DNA of 64,000 nt from an uncultured Spirosoma sp. Lineage in GTDB: Bacteria; Bacteroidota; Bacteroidia; Cytophagales; Spirosomataceae. The DNA lies in NCBI GenBank assembly GCA_964244845.1, contig CAXTKE010000014.1:86048-150047 (forward strand), in the 5' to 3' direction. The notes under the pieces are model-generated. The model did not search any database. It was given only the letters and a program-made list of their open reading frames with translations, and had not been told where the DNA came from. How positions within the stretch are numbered: position 1 is the first letter of the stretch; each line of letters opens with the position of its first letter. This document shows, in pieces, positions 1-9,031 of this stretch. Both the position numbers and the translations under genes were made by a program.

Positions 1-267
1 AACCACCAAGCCGTGCATCTGATACGAAATGCCAATGGCTTTGACGTCGCCGGGGTGAATGTTGGCCTGTTGCAGAACGGCTTTGCTGGCTAAGCAGGCA
101 TTTTTCCACCAGTTTTCAGGCTGTTGTTCGGCAAACCCTGCCTGTGGCGACTCGATAGCCATTTCCGTTTCGGGAAAAAATGCCGACGCAACGGCTTTGC
201 CACTGTCGGCATCAATTAAACACGCTTTGACGGACGAACTGCCGAGGTCAAATCCAAGAAAATACAT
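1..267 (-). CDS. xylB: Xylulokinase / FGGY carbohydrate kinase, N-terminal part (runs off the window edge)
   Basis: Not in the ORF track. Manual translation from the ATG at 267 gives MYFLGFDLGSSSVKACLIDADSG...FAEQQPENWWK...VKAIGISYQMHGLVV, with FGGY motifs DxGSSSxK, EQxPxxWW and ISYQMHG. Confidence 0.88.
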   Translation of the reverse strand, partial: MYFLGFDLGSSSVKACLIDADSGKAVASAFFPETEMAIESPQAGFAEQQPENWWKNACLASKAVLQQANIHPGDVKAIGISYQMHGLVV

Positions 268-355
268 GTGGTTGAGGAGTTAAGGAATCCGTTACGAAAG
301 TACAACGGGAAACGGATAATCAGTAAATGCAGTAGAAACAGCCGTGAAGACAGGT

Positions 356-420
356 TTTCTGACAGGATTACAGGATTAGTATGGCCCATATGCCGTTAAT
401 CCTATGATCCTGTCCAGAAA
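356..420. repeat. Imperfect inverted repeat built from CAGGATTA-like 8-mers
   Basis: tttctgacaggattacaggatta ... taatcctatgatcctgtccagaaa. Confidence 0.7.
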
Positions 421-452
421 ATGTTGCTTATTTTGCCTATTATTTCGCCTAT

Positions 453-2843
453 ATGAAACACGCCCTGTGCCTTTTTCTCCTCTGTTTAATAACGTTGTCA
501 ATAAGCTTTGGACAAGATCAGTCCTCGAAAGCAACCGACTGGACGGCCCAATACTGGCCCGCCCGCTGGATTCTGCATCCCACCGCACCCGCCCGGCAAT
601 ACGGCATTTATCACGTCCGAAAAACCATTGATCTGCCGCAAAAGCCCGCCCGTTTTGTGGTGCATATGTCGGCAGATAACCGCTACCGGCTGTTTGTCAA
701 TGGTAAATCGGTGGCGATGGGACCGGCCCGCAGCGATACGCAAAACTGGAATTACGAAACCCTTGACCTCGCACCGTATTTGCAACTGGGACGAAACGTG
801 CTGGCCGCGCAGGTGTGGTACATGGGCGAGGGCGCACCCTTCGCGCAGATGAGCTACCAACTCGGTTTTCTGCTCCAGGGCGATGGCGAAACCGAGAAAA
901 TAGCAAACACCGACGCGAGCTGGAAAATATACCAGAATCCGGCTTATTCGCCCATCAAAAACGACATTCCCAAACTCAGAACCTACATTGTGGCCGGGGA
1001 TGGCGACCGGGTCGATGCGGCCAAATATCCCTGGGGATGGGAGCAACCGAACTTCGACGATAAAGCCTGGGTGTCGGCCAAACCGCTTGGGTTTCCAACC
1101 AAACCGCGCGGTTTAGGCACCGACGGTAACTGGGGACTTGTGCCGCGAACGATTCCGATGATGCAGGAAAGTGTCGTCCGGCTGGCAACGGTTCGGCGGA
1201 GCGAGAACGGCAAAATGGACAACGCATTTCTACAGGGGAAATCGCCCGTAACGGTTCCGGCCAATACGAAATCGGTGTTTTTGCTCGATAATAGTGTGCT
1301 GACCAATGCCTATCCCGAACTGACCGTGAGCCAGGGAAAAGGCGCGGTTATTACGCTGGCTTATGCCGAAGCCCTGATTGACGCCAAAGGTAAGAAAGGC
1401 AACCGGAATGACATCGACAGTCGAACGATGCTTGGTTTTGATGACCAGTTTGTGTCCGACGGAACCAGCAAACGCACCTTCCGCCCGCTCTGGTTTCGGA
1501 CGTACCGGTATCTGCAACTAACCGTCGAGACGAAAGACGAACCGCTTGTTTTGGAGGACCTGATTGGGAAATTTACGGCCTATCCGTTTGAGGAGAAAGC
1601 GCAGTTTGCCACTAACGATACGACCCTGAAAAGCATCTGGAACGTTGGCTGGCGAACGGCGCGGCTTTGTGCGGGCGAAACCTACTACGACTGCCCGTAT
1701 TATGAGCAATTGCAATACACCGGCGACACACGGATTCAGGCTATGATTTCACTCTATGTGGCGGGCGACGACCGGCTGATGCGCAAAGCCATTATGGATT
1801 ATGACCACAGCCGGTTCAACGACGGGCTGACGCAAAGCCGCTACCCATCGGCTGATTTTCAGGTGATTCCAACGTTTTCGCTGTTCTGGGTTTGTATGGT
1901 GCATGATTACTGGATGCATCGGCAGGATGACGTGTTTGTGAAATCCATGCTGCCCGGAATCCTGAGCGTGTTGAACTGGCACGAACAGCGCATTGCCAAA
2001 ACCGGACTCAACGGGCCACTCGAATGGTGGAACTTTGTGGACTGGTCGGACTGGAAAAACGCGAAAGACGAAATTGCCGGGGGCGTTCCGGCGGGAGCAC
2101 GAAAGGGCGGGTCGAGCATCCTGTCGCTGCAACAGGCCTATACGTATTTCCGGGCGGGTGATTTGTTGGCGCATTACGGGCAGAACGAACGCGCCGAACA
2201 CTACCGCGAACTGGCCCGCAAACTCAATAAAGCTGTTTATACCCAATGCTGGGATGCCGGGCGTGGCCTCTTTGCCGATACGCCGGACAAGACCAGTTTC
2301 AGTCAGCACGCCAACATTCTGGCTGTGCTGACTAATGCTGTTCCCGTTGAACAGCAAGCCGCGTTGCTACAGAAAACGATGACGGATGTATCGCTGACGC
2401 AGGCTACGTTTTACTTCAAATTCTATTTATTCGAGGCTCTCAAAAAAACCGGCCTTGGCGACCAACTTATTCCCCAACTAAAACCCTGGCGCGATATGCT
2501 GGCGATTGGCCTGACCACCTTCGCCGAAAACCCAGAGCCTACGCGCTCCGATTGCCACGCCTGGAGTGCCTCGCCTTTATACGAATTTCTGTCCACAACC
2601 TGCGGCATTCGACCCGCCGAGCCGGGTTTCAAATCTGTGCGTATCGAGCCATTTCTGGGCGACCTGACAACTGTTGACGGAAAAGTGCCACACCCATTGG
2701 GTGAGATTGCCGTTCAGTTTCAGAAAACTCCATCGGGGGGTCTTACGGGCAATGTCACCCTCCCCGCCAACCTGACCGGCACGCTGCGCTGGAAGGGGAA
2801 AACAATGATTTTAAAGTCGGGAGCGCAGCCGGTGAGTATGTAA
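453..2843 (+). CDS. Secreted alpha-L-rhamnosidase (GH78)
   Basis: 796 aa with signal peptide; HMSADNRYRLFVNG, YYDCPYYEQLQYTGD and SDCHAWS motifs typical of GH78. Confidence 0.9.
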   Translation: MKHALCLFLLCLITLSISFGQDQSSKATDWTAQYWPARWILHPTAPARQYGIYHVRKTIDLPQKPARFVVHMSADNRYRLFVNGKSVAMGPARSDTQNWNYETLDLAPYLQLGRNVLAAQVWYMGEGAPFAQMSYQLGFLLQGDGETEKIANTDASWKIYQNPAYSPIKNDIPKLRTYIVAGDGDRVDAAKYPWGWEQPNFDDKAWVSAKPLGFPTKPRGLGTDGNWGLVPRTIPMMQESVVRLATVRRSENGKMDNAFLQGKSPVTVPANTKSVFLLDNSVLTNAYPELTVSQGKGAVITLAYAEALIDAKGKKGNRNDIDSRTMLGFDDQFVSDGTSKRTFRPLWFRTYRYLQLTVETKDEPLVLEDLIGKFTAYPFEEKAQFATNDTTLKSIWNVGWRTARLCAGETYYDCPYYEQLQYTGDTRIQAMISLYVAGDDRLMRKAIMDYDHSRFNDGLTQSRYPSADFQVIPTFSLFWVCMVHDYWMHRQDDVFVKSMLPGILSVLNWHEQRIAKTGLNGPLEWWNFVDWSDWKNAKDEIAGGVPAGARKGGSSILSLQQAYTYFRAGDLLAHYGQNERAEHYRELARKLNKAVYTQCWDAGRGLFADTPDKTSFSQHANILAVLTNAVPVEQQAALLQKTMTDVSLTQATFYFKFYLFEALKKTGLGDQLIPQLKPWRDMLAIGLTTFAENPEPTRSDCHAWSASPLYEFLSTTCGIRPAEPGFKSVRIEPFLGDLTTVDGKVPHPLGEIAVQFQKTPSGGLTGNVTLPANLTGTLRWKGKTMILKSGAQPVSM

Positions 2844-2850
2844 TTTGTTT

Positions 2851-2892
2851 ATTTTCACTGTAATGTGTAATATTACGCATTACAGTGAAAAT
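2851..2892. promoter_or_regulatory. 42-bp near-perfect palindrome, probable HigA operator
   Basis: attttcactgtaatgtgtaat|attacgcattacagtgaaaat (one mismatch), ending 1 nt before the higB ATG at 2894. Confidence 0.65.
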
Positions 2893-2893
2893 T

Positions 2894-3172
2894 ATGATTG
2901 TAAATTTTCGACACAAAGGTTTGCAACAATATTATGAAGCAGGTAACGGTTCGAAGCTGCCTGCTCAATATCTGCGGAAGATAAACCGACTCTTTGACCA
3001 GTTAGATGCTATAACAGCCGTGAGCGATATTCAACAAATGGGGTCGGGTATTCACAAATTAACTGGCGATATGGCTGATTTTTGGTCAATTATCGTCACG
3101 CCCAATTATCGGATTATTTTTCGTTTTGAAGCCGGAGACATTTACGATGTGGATTACATCGACTATCATTAA
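2894..3172 (+). CDS. higB: HigB/RelE-family toxin (plasmid maintenance killer type)
   Basis: MIVNFRHKGL...IHKLTGDMADFWSIIVTPNYRIIFRF...VDYIDYH; toxin upstream of antitoxin. ATG at 2894 preferred over the track GTG at 2885. Confidence 0.9.
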   Translation: MIVNFRHKGLQQYYEAGNGSKLPAQYLRKINRLFDQLDAITAVSDIQQMGSGIHKLTGDMADFWSIIVTPNYRIIFRFEAGDIYDVDYIDYH

Positions 3173-3184
3173 AAAACAACTCGA

Positions 3185-3502
3185 ATGATGAAGCGAAACT
3201 TGGCTCCAGTACATCCCGGCGAGATTTTGCGGGAAGATTATATTAACGAACGTGGGCTGACGATTACCGAAGTGGCAAAAGGGTTAGGTATTGCCCGGGC
3301 GAATCTATCAGCTATTGTAAATGAACGGGCAGGTATTAGCCCTGAATTGGCCGTGAAATTATCGGAAGCCTTCGGTAATACAGCGCAGTTTTGGGTAAAT
3401 CTGCAGAAGAACTATGAGTTGTGGCACGCGGAGAAGAAAGTAAATCGGGCTGTAATTCAGCATTTCTGGACCGCTCAGAATACTCAATTGAAATCGGCTT
3501 GA
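3185..3502 (+). CDS. higA: HigA antitoxin (XRE HTH)
   Basis: PVHPGEILREDY...ISPELAVKLSEAFGNTAQFWVNLQKNYEL signature. Confidence 0.92.
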   Translation: MMKRNLAPVHPGEILREDYINERGLTITEVAKGLGIARANLSAIVNERAGISPELAVKLSEAFGNTAQFWVNLQKNYELWHAEKKVNRAVIQHFWTAQNTQLKSA

Positions 3503-3655
3503 AGAATTAGCAGACTCCGCTTTGGCTTGATCTTGAAAGTTTCCGGAGCATTCGGTGCTAAACAGCGCAGCTTTGATAGGAATTCGTAAACGGCTTGTAA
3601 GCGGTGCTTAAAGCAGGGATAGAAAAGCCTTATACACTCCTTATTTATTACTCTA

Positions 3656-4084
3656 ATGTCCGTTATTCGATACACACACAGCTTTGATTTGCTATATCAG
3701 GTTGTTGTTATTGTCGTTACCGTAAACCTCGTGTATATCACTTTCGAGGTATTATCATTAATTCCATTGGTAAAGTGGCTCACTATGGTAGGGTTACCAG
3801 AATGGATTTATGGGGTGTTACAAGTGGTTGCTCTCTTATTATTAATGCCCTTTTGGGCAATAATTCTTTTTTCGATTTCTGCTCCTCTACCAACATATTT
3901 GTACCTGCGTTTCACATTGTCTGTGCCAGTAACTTGGCGTGAAGCAAAAGCAGTTTCGTTCCTTTTTGAAAAAGACTTAAATGGTAAATGGTATCCTTTA
4001 AAGGATTTAAAGAAAGCCCCAAAAGAAGCGCGAAAAATGATACTCTTTGATTTCGCGGAGAGAAAGCGTCAAGGGTTACGATGA
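3656..4084 (+). CDS. Hypothetical membrane protein, AT-rich
   Basis: 142-aa ORF with 2-3 hydrophobic segments and a basic C-terminus; no family recognised. Confidence 0.6.
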   Translation: MSVIRYTHSFDLLYQVVVIVVTVNLVYITFEVLSLIPLVKWLTMVGLPEWIYGVLQVVALLLLMPFWAIILFSISAPLPTYLYLRFTLSVPVTWREAKAVSFLFEKDLNGKWYPLKDLKKAPKEARKMILFDFAERKRQGLR

Positions 4085-4231
4085 AGCATTCGGTACTTTA
4101 CGATTTTGTAGCTACTTTGAATTCACATTTTTAATTGATTAATGTGATTAATGAACGCATTAGTGGTTTATGCTAATTGTACTGTTATATCCAGTCATTT
4201 GTATAATATCAAGATAACTTCACATATTATC

Positions 4232-4981
4232 TCACAACATCTTCGCGCCAACAACCTGTCCGTTATCCGTGCGCTGAACATAAACCAGAACCGCCGTTTG
4301 GGCCGTAGTCAGGCCGGCAGGAATGGGAAGCGATACATTGCCTGACGTTCCGGTTTCATCAACGGTTTTAAATTGCCGGACAACGTTCGCATTGACTAAG
4401 GTGCGGCCTCCGTTTTCGCCATTCTGTACGGCGGTGCGGGCTTCTTTTTGTACCAATGCCACATTCACGCGGTAGGGTCCGGCGGCTGATAATTCGTAAC
4501 TGACGGTTACCTGTTTGGCGTCGCGGATGAGGCTGCCGTCAACGCCCACAAAGGCCGTTGCAGACTGTTTCTGAATCGTTTGAATGGCCTGCTCGATGCG
4601 GCCCCGCTGTCCACCAACCACATCCTGCCGCCCATTAATGACGAGTTGGGGCGTGTAGGTTTGCGTGTTCAGGGCGCGGTCGTACTGGCGTTGGCGGTCG
4701 GTAAATTGCTTTGCGCTAAACGGGTCCTGCCAGCCTAAGCGGTTCCAGTAATCGACATGAAAAGACAACGCATACACCGCCTGACCTGAGCGGGCAGCCT
4801 GTTGAGCTACTTCCTGCAAGGCTTTATCGGCAGGTGGGCAACTGGAGCAACCCTGCGACGTGAATAATTCCAAAACCACAACCGGTTGAGCCACAGGCGT
4901 TACTGCATGTTTATTGGGTTGATTTTGGGGAGTCGATGCGGCCATGCCCAGCATAGCTGCAAGGAGAATGAGTAGTTTCAT
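4232..4981 (-). CDS. DUF1223 thioredoxin-like secreted protein
   Basis: VVLELFTSQGCSSCPPAD, LSFHVDYWNRLGWQDPFS and YTPQLVING motifs; probable start ATG at 4981. Confidence 0.88.
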   Translation of the reverse strand: MKLLILLAAMLGMAASTPQNQPNKHAVTPVAQPVVVLELFTSQGCSSCPPADKALQEVAQQAARSGQAVYALSFHVDYWNRLGWQDPFSAKQFTDRQRQYDRALNTQTYTPQLVINGRQDVVGGQRGRIEQAIQTIQKQSATAFVGVDGSLIRDAKQVTVSYELSAAGPYRVNVALVQKEARTAVQNGENGGRTLVNANVVRQFKTVDETGTSGNVSLPIPAGLTTAQTAVLVYVQRTDNGQVVGAKML

Positions 4982-5102
4982 AATTTTGTTTGTCGATGAT
5001 TGAGTAATTGATCGCACGCAGCGAATGCGGGTTTATTCAACAAACGTACTGTATTGCGCAGTAGCCAACTGTCGGGCAGCCGACCAAACGGGCAAGATGA
5101 GT

Positions 5103-5175
5103 ATTTAGTGAAGTGGGTGAAGTAGTCAATGAACTTACTTCACCCACTTCACCCATTTTACTAACTTCACTAAAT
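5103..5175. repeat. Periodic inverted repeat, 9-nt unit (AGTGGGTGA family)
   Basis: atttagtgaagtgggtgaagt ... acttcacccacttcaccc ... acttcactaaat. Confidence 0.8.
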
Positions 5176-5975
5176 CACAATCCAACATAATAATCATAAC
5201 CCCGTTCGGCCCAGAAATCGCGCGGGCGGGTGTCGGAAAAGAAAATCCGGCCAATGCGTTTCAGGTTTTTGACGCCGTACTTGACCGGAATAATCAGTCG
5301 GACAGGCGCACCGTGCGGAGCCGAAATAGGCTGCCCGTTCAGTTCGTAGGCCAGCAGCGTTTGCGGGTGCATCGCGCTCTCTATGTCGATACCTACGTAG
5401 TATTCTTTATCGGGCGTTTCCATACCAACGTATTTATATAAATCGTCGGTGTTGTTGGCGTCGGGGCCATGGCCGCTCTTGCTGCCGACTTTGTACTTTT
5501 CCAGGAAATCCGACAGCCGCGCCCCGCCCCAGTGCTGCACCTGACTCCAGCCCTCCACACACTTGAAATCGTAGACCAACTCATGCTTGGGCAGAGATTT
5601 AATATCGTCCATCGTCAGCATCAGCGGTTCACCGTTCGGTACGTCGATCTGTAATTTCCAGTCTTCGGGAATTGGCGTTTTGATGCCGTAGAAGCTGTTG
5701 ATCCTGGCATTTTTCACGGCAGCTTCGACCGGAAATGTTTTTACCAGATTAGTGTTGCCAAAATAAGTCCGGGCGATGGCTTCATTGGCGTCGAGCACCC
5801 GGCGCAGTGGTTTTTTTGTGCCCAGCAGTTTCGGGCTGTGCGTAATCCATTCGTAGACGCCCACGGGCACGGCTGCTGCCAGCGCGAACCAGCCAAACGA
5901 TTTAATCATTCGTCGACGAACAACTGATTCGGGAATGTCGCTTTCGGGGAGTTTCGGTTCTGTCGACTGGCTCAT
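5175..5975 (-). CDS. Molybdopterin-dependent oxidoreductase catalytic subunit (MsrP/sulfite-oxidase family)
   Basis: RR-containing N-terminal anchor; FKCVEGWS (Moco Cys), LLAYELNGQP, HGAPVRLIIPVKYGVKNLKRI, FWAERGYD. Confidence 0.88.
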   Translation of the reverse strand: MSQSTEPKLPESDIPESVVRRRMIKSFGWFALAAAVPVGVYEWITHSPKLLGTKKPLRRVLDANEAIARTYFGNTNLVKTFPVEAAVKNARINSFYGIKTPIPEDWKLQIDVPNGEPLMLTMDDIKSLPKHELVYDFKCVEGWSQVQHWGGARLSDFLEKYKVGSKSGHGPDANNTDDLYKYVGMETPDKEYYVGIDIESAMHPQTLLAYELNGQPISAPHGAPVRLIIPVKYGVKNLKRIGRIFFSDTRPRDFWAERGYDYYVGL

Positions 5976-6727
5976 GACAAAGCGGGAGTAGAGGTAAGCG
6001 TAGGTTCGCTGGGTTCGACAGGTTGGTCGTTGAGCGGCTCGGATGGGCTTTCCAGCGAGCTAAGGGTGTTGTCGACGGGGTTAATTACTTCAAATCCCGT
6101 TATCATCGACTGAAAATTGCGCCATCCGGCCAGAATGACCTGAACGATGTGAATGATAAAGAACAGAACGTAGCCAATGGTTAGGGCAAAATGAATAAGC
6201 CGGGCCGTTTCGTAACCGCCGGTGAGGGTCGTTAGCCAGTAAAACTGCGTGGGTTTATAAATGGCGTATCCGGTTAATACCGAGCCAGCCCCCATGACCA
6301 TAATGGAAAAATAAGCAATCTTTTGCGCCCCATTGTATTTAATAAACGGCGGTTGGGTTTTTCGCAGTTTCAGGTCGTAAAGGGTGACCTGAATAGCCTC
6401 CCGGAACGAATTTCGGTCGGGCACTAAATGCCGCCACTCGCCCGAAATAAAGGTGTAGGCCACATAGAGCAACCCGTTCAGCAAAAACACCCACATGAAC
6501 ACAAAGTGCCACGCCATTCCCTCGGCCAGTCGACGCGATACGTTCAGAAATGCGTAAAAGCCATCGGGAAAAAAGGAGAGGACCGTGTAACTGCCAATCT
6601 GAATTTTATACGGGTCGTAGGCCCAGTAAATCAGCAACCCGCTCCAGATCATGACGAACAAAATCGGGAAGTTGATCCAGTGAAACCACCGGATAGCCAG
6701 CGGGTGTTTGTGAACGATACGTTTCAT
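5972..6727 (-). CDS. Cytochrome b/b6-domain membrane subunit (Ni_hydr_CYTB type), partner of the Moco enzyme
   Basis: HPLAIRWFHWIN, WHFVFMW, YNGAQKIAY, RLIHF and FIIH heme-ligand His pattern; ATGA overlap with the downstream gene. Confidence 0.85.
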   Translation of the reverse strand: MKRIVHKHPLAIRWFHWINFPILFVMIWSGLLIYWAYDPYKIQIGSYTVLSFFPDGFYAFLNVSRRLAEGMAWHFVFMWVFLLNGLLYVAYTFISGEWRHLVPDRNSFREAIQVTLYDLKLRKTQPPFIKYNGAQKIAYFSIMVMGAGSVLTGYAIYKPTQFYWLTTLTGGYETARLIHFALTIGYVLFFIIHIVQVILAGWRNFQSMITGFEVINPVDNTLSSLESPSEPLNDQPVEPSEPTLTSTPALS

Positions 6728-6912
6728 AAGGCCTGATTTTCAGTGGCAAAGTACCGATGTTTTACGCGCGTATTATGTCGTCTACACGACAAGTTACCGC
6801 TATTAATCGCTTCGTAATTCAGGGGTAGCACCAATTAGCGACAAATCTCATAGTATACGGTAGGGAGATGCGGTTTGGTTTTTACCTTTATCAACTAATG
6901 TACACCCTTTTT

Positions 6913-7749
6913 ATGTCTCTTCAAACGCTCGATACCGGTCTTTTTAAACTCGATGGCGGGGCCATGTTTGGCGTCGTACCCAAGCCGCTCTGGAACAAAA
7001 TTAACCCCGCCGATGAGCAGAATCGCTGTACGTGGGCCATGCGCTGCCTGCTCTATGAACAGGGCAACCGGCTCCTGTTGGTTGATACTGGTATTGGCGA
7101 CAAACAGGACGCTAAATTCTTCGGTCATTACGATTTGCATGGCGATGCTGCATTGCTCAGTTCCATTCATAAAGCCGGGTATTCGGAGACGGACGTAACC
7201 GATGTTTTATTGACTCATCTTCATTTCGACCATGTGGGCGGGGCCGTTCGGCGCGACGGCGACCGGTTAACACCCGTCTTTCCAAATGCCGTTTACTGGA
7301 CGCATCCTGATCACTGGAACTGGGCCATAAACCCCAACCCGCGCGAAAAAGCGTCTTTTCTGCGGGAGAATATAGGGCCGTTACAGGAAAGCGGCCAACT
7401 CAATTTCCTGACCGAAACACCATTTCCTTTTTCGGCTATAGAGTTTCTGTACGTGGATGGGCATACCGAAAAAATGGCTCTGCCGCTTTTCCAGATCAAT
7501 GGCCGGACGGTGGCGTATATGGCCGACCTGATTCCGTCGTCGGGGCATGTGCCGCTGCCCTACGTGATGAGCTACGACGTGCGGCCTCTGCTCACGATGG
7601 ACGAGAAAACACGGATTCTCCAACGGGCCGCCGATGAAAACTGGATACTGGTTTTTGAACATGACCCCGTAACCGAAGCCGCCACCGTTGAGCAAACTGA
7701 AAAAGGCATTCGCATTCGGGAGAAAGGCAAACTGGTGGAGTTCATGTAA
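6913..7749 (+). CDS. MBL-fold metallo-hydrolase (YtnP-like)
   Basis: FKLDGGAMFGVVPKPLW, LTHLHFDHVGG (HxHxDH), GHT, ADLIP, FEHDP; probable start ATG at 6913. Confidence 0.92.
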   Translation: MSLQTLDTGLFKLDGGAMFGVVPKPLWNKINPADEQNRCTWAMRCLLYEQGNRLLLVDTGIGDKQDAKFFGHYDLHGDAALLSSIHKAGYSETDVTDVLLTHLHFDHVGGAVRRDGDRLTPVFPNAVYWTHPDHWNWAINPNPREKASFLRENIGPLQESGQLNFLTETPFPFSAIEFLYVDGHTEKMALPLFQINGRTVAYMADLIPSSGHVPLPYVMSYDVRPLLTMDEKTRILQRAADENWILVFEHDPVTEAATVEQTEKGIRIREKGKLVEFM

Positions 7750-7827
7750 TGCAGACAGTAACGCGGGTGGGAACCCGCACTGGCAAGATAACAGTGCGGG
7801 TTCCCACCCGCGTTACTGTCTGCATTA
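7747..7827. repeat. Perfect 36-bp inverted repeat with 9-nt loop (MITE/REPIN-like)
   Basis: taatgcagacagtaacgcgggtgggaacccgcactg-gcaagataa-cagtgcgggttcccacccgcgttactgtctgcatta. Confidence 0.9.
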
Positions 7828-7881
7828 TACAAACCAAAATCCTGAACCCACCGTTATGAAACCGTCAATTTGTACGGAGTT

Positions 7882-8661
7882 ATGAAAATTGGGTTGGTCT
7901 TATCAGGGGGCGGGGCGCGGGGTATTGCGCATCTGGGCATTATCAAAGCACTACAGGAAATGGGCATTGGTTTCGATCAGATTGCCGGAACCAGTGCGGG
8001 TGCCATTGCCGGGGCATTGCTCTCACAGGGCTACACCCCCGACGAGAGTTTGAAAATCATTGAGTCGTCATCCTTTATGCGCCATATGCGGCCCGCCTGG
8101 AGTCGGATGGGTTTGCTGCGGCTCGATATGGTTGTCGATCTCTATCGAAAATATATTCCGCACGACTCGTTCGAAGGACTGGAAATTCCCCTGCACGTAG
8201 TGGCGGTTGACCTGAACGCGGGTGAGCAGGTTGTCTTTGAGCAGGGCGAACTGATCCGGCCTGTGCTGGCATCCTGCTGTTTGCCGGGCATCTTTGAACC
8301 CATGCTCATCCATAAGCGGCAGTTTGTCGATGGGGGCGTATTGAACAACCTGCCCGTCGATGTCATTGAAAACAAAGTTGATTTTCTGATTGGCTCCCAC
8401 TGCAACGTGCTGGGTGCCCGCCGTCCCATCACGTCCATGCGGGGGGTTATCGAGCGGAGTTTGGTGCTGGCGGTGCAGAGCAAGACAAAAGATCGCTTTG
8501 CGCGGTGCAACGTTCTGATCGAACCTCCGCAACTGGCGCAGTATACCACTACCGACATTGGTAAAGCCCGTGATTTGTTCCGGGCCGGATATCAGCATAC
8601 GCGTTCTATGACAGATACGATTCATAAAACACTTGAACTGGTAGCACAAAGCGCATCCTGA
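7882..8661 (+). CDS. Patatin-like phospholipase
   Basis: LSGGGARG, GTSAG (catalytic Ser) and DGG motifs; probable start ATG at 7882. Confidence 0.92.
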   Translation: MKIGLVLSGGGARGIAHLGIIKALQEMGIGFDQIAGTSAGAIAGALLSQGYTPDESLKIIESSSFMRHMRPAWSRMGLLRLDMVVDLYRKYIPHDSFEGLEIPLHVVAVDLNAGEQVVFEQGELIRPVLASCCLPGIFEPMLIHKRQFVDGGVLNNLPVDVIENKVDFLIGSHCNVLGARRPITSMRGVIERSLVLAVQSKTKDRFARCNVLIEPPQLAQYTTTDIGKARDLFRAGYQHTRSMTDTIHKTLELVAQSAS

Positions 8662-8696
8662 CCCGATTTACTGTCTGCTGAATTTTGTATTGTCAT

Positions 8697-8723
8697 AAAG
8701 CCGGGGGTGTACTCCGGCTTTTT
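8697..8723 (+). terminator. Intrinsic terminator
   Basis: aaagccgg...ccggcttttt hairpin plus U tract after patatin. Confidence 0.65.
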
Positions 8724-9031
8724 CTATAGGGCCTCATTTCGAAAACCCGGTTTTCGACCATCGTACATAAACTGCTCACCGGTTGATCGGTTGTTTTAAT
8801 AGGCTGGACACTTTCCTAAAAAAATCATATTACTCATTCATGATAGTAAGCGTCTATGCGTATTTGTAACTAAGTAATGACAAAATAGGATTCAGAAGAA
8901 AATTTTGTCTTTTGAATCAATTAACCAATATAGATTGGCATAACTATTTATGCTAAAAACTTTGTGTTAACTTTTTTTGATATTATTTTTGTCAATAGTG
9001 ATACGTTTCTTAACCAAACTAAAAAACTTTC

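Noticed and set aside
59-283. Track ORF on the + strand (74 aa)
   Set aside because: It is the antisense shadow of xylB (1-267, minus strand), which has clear FGGY motifs.
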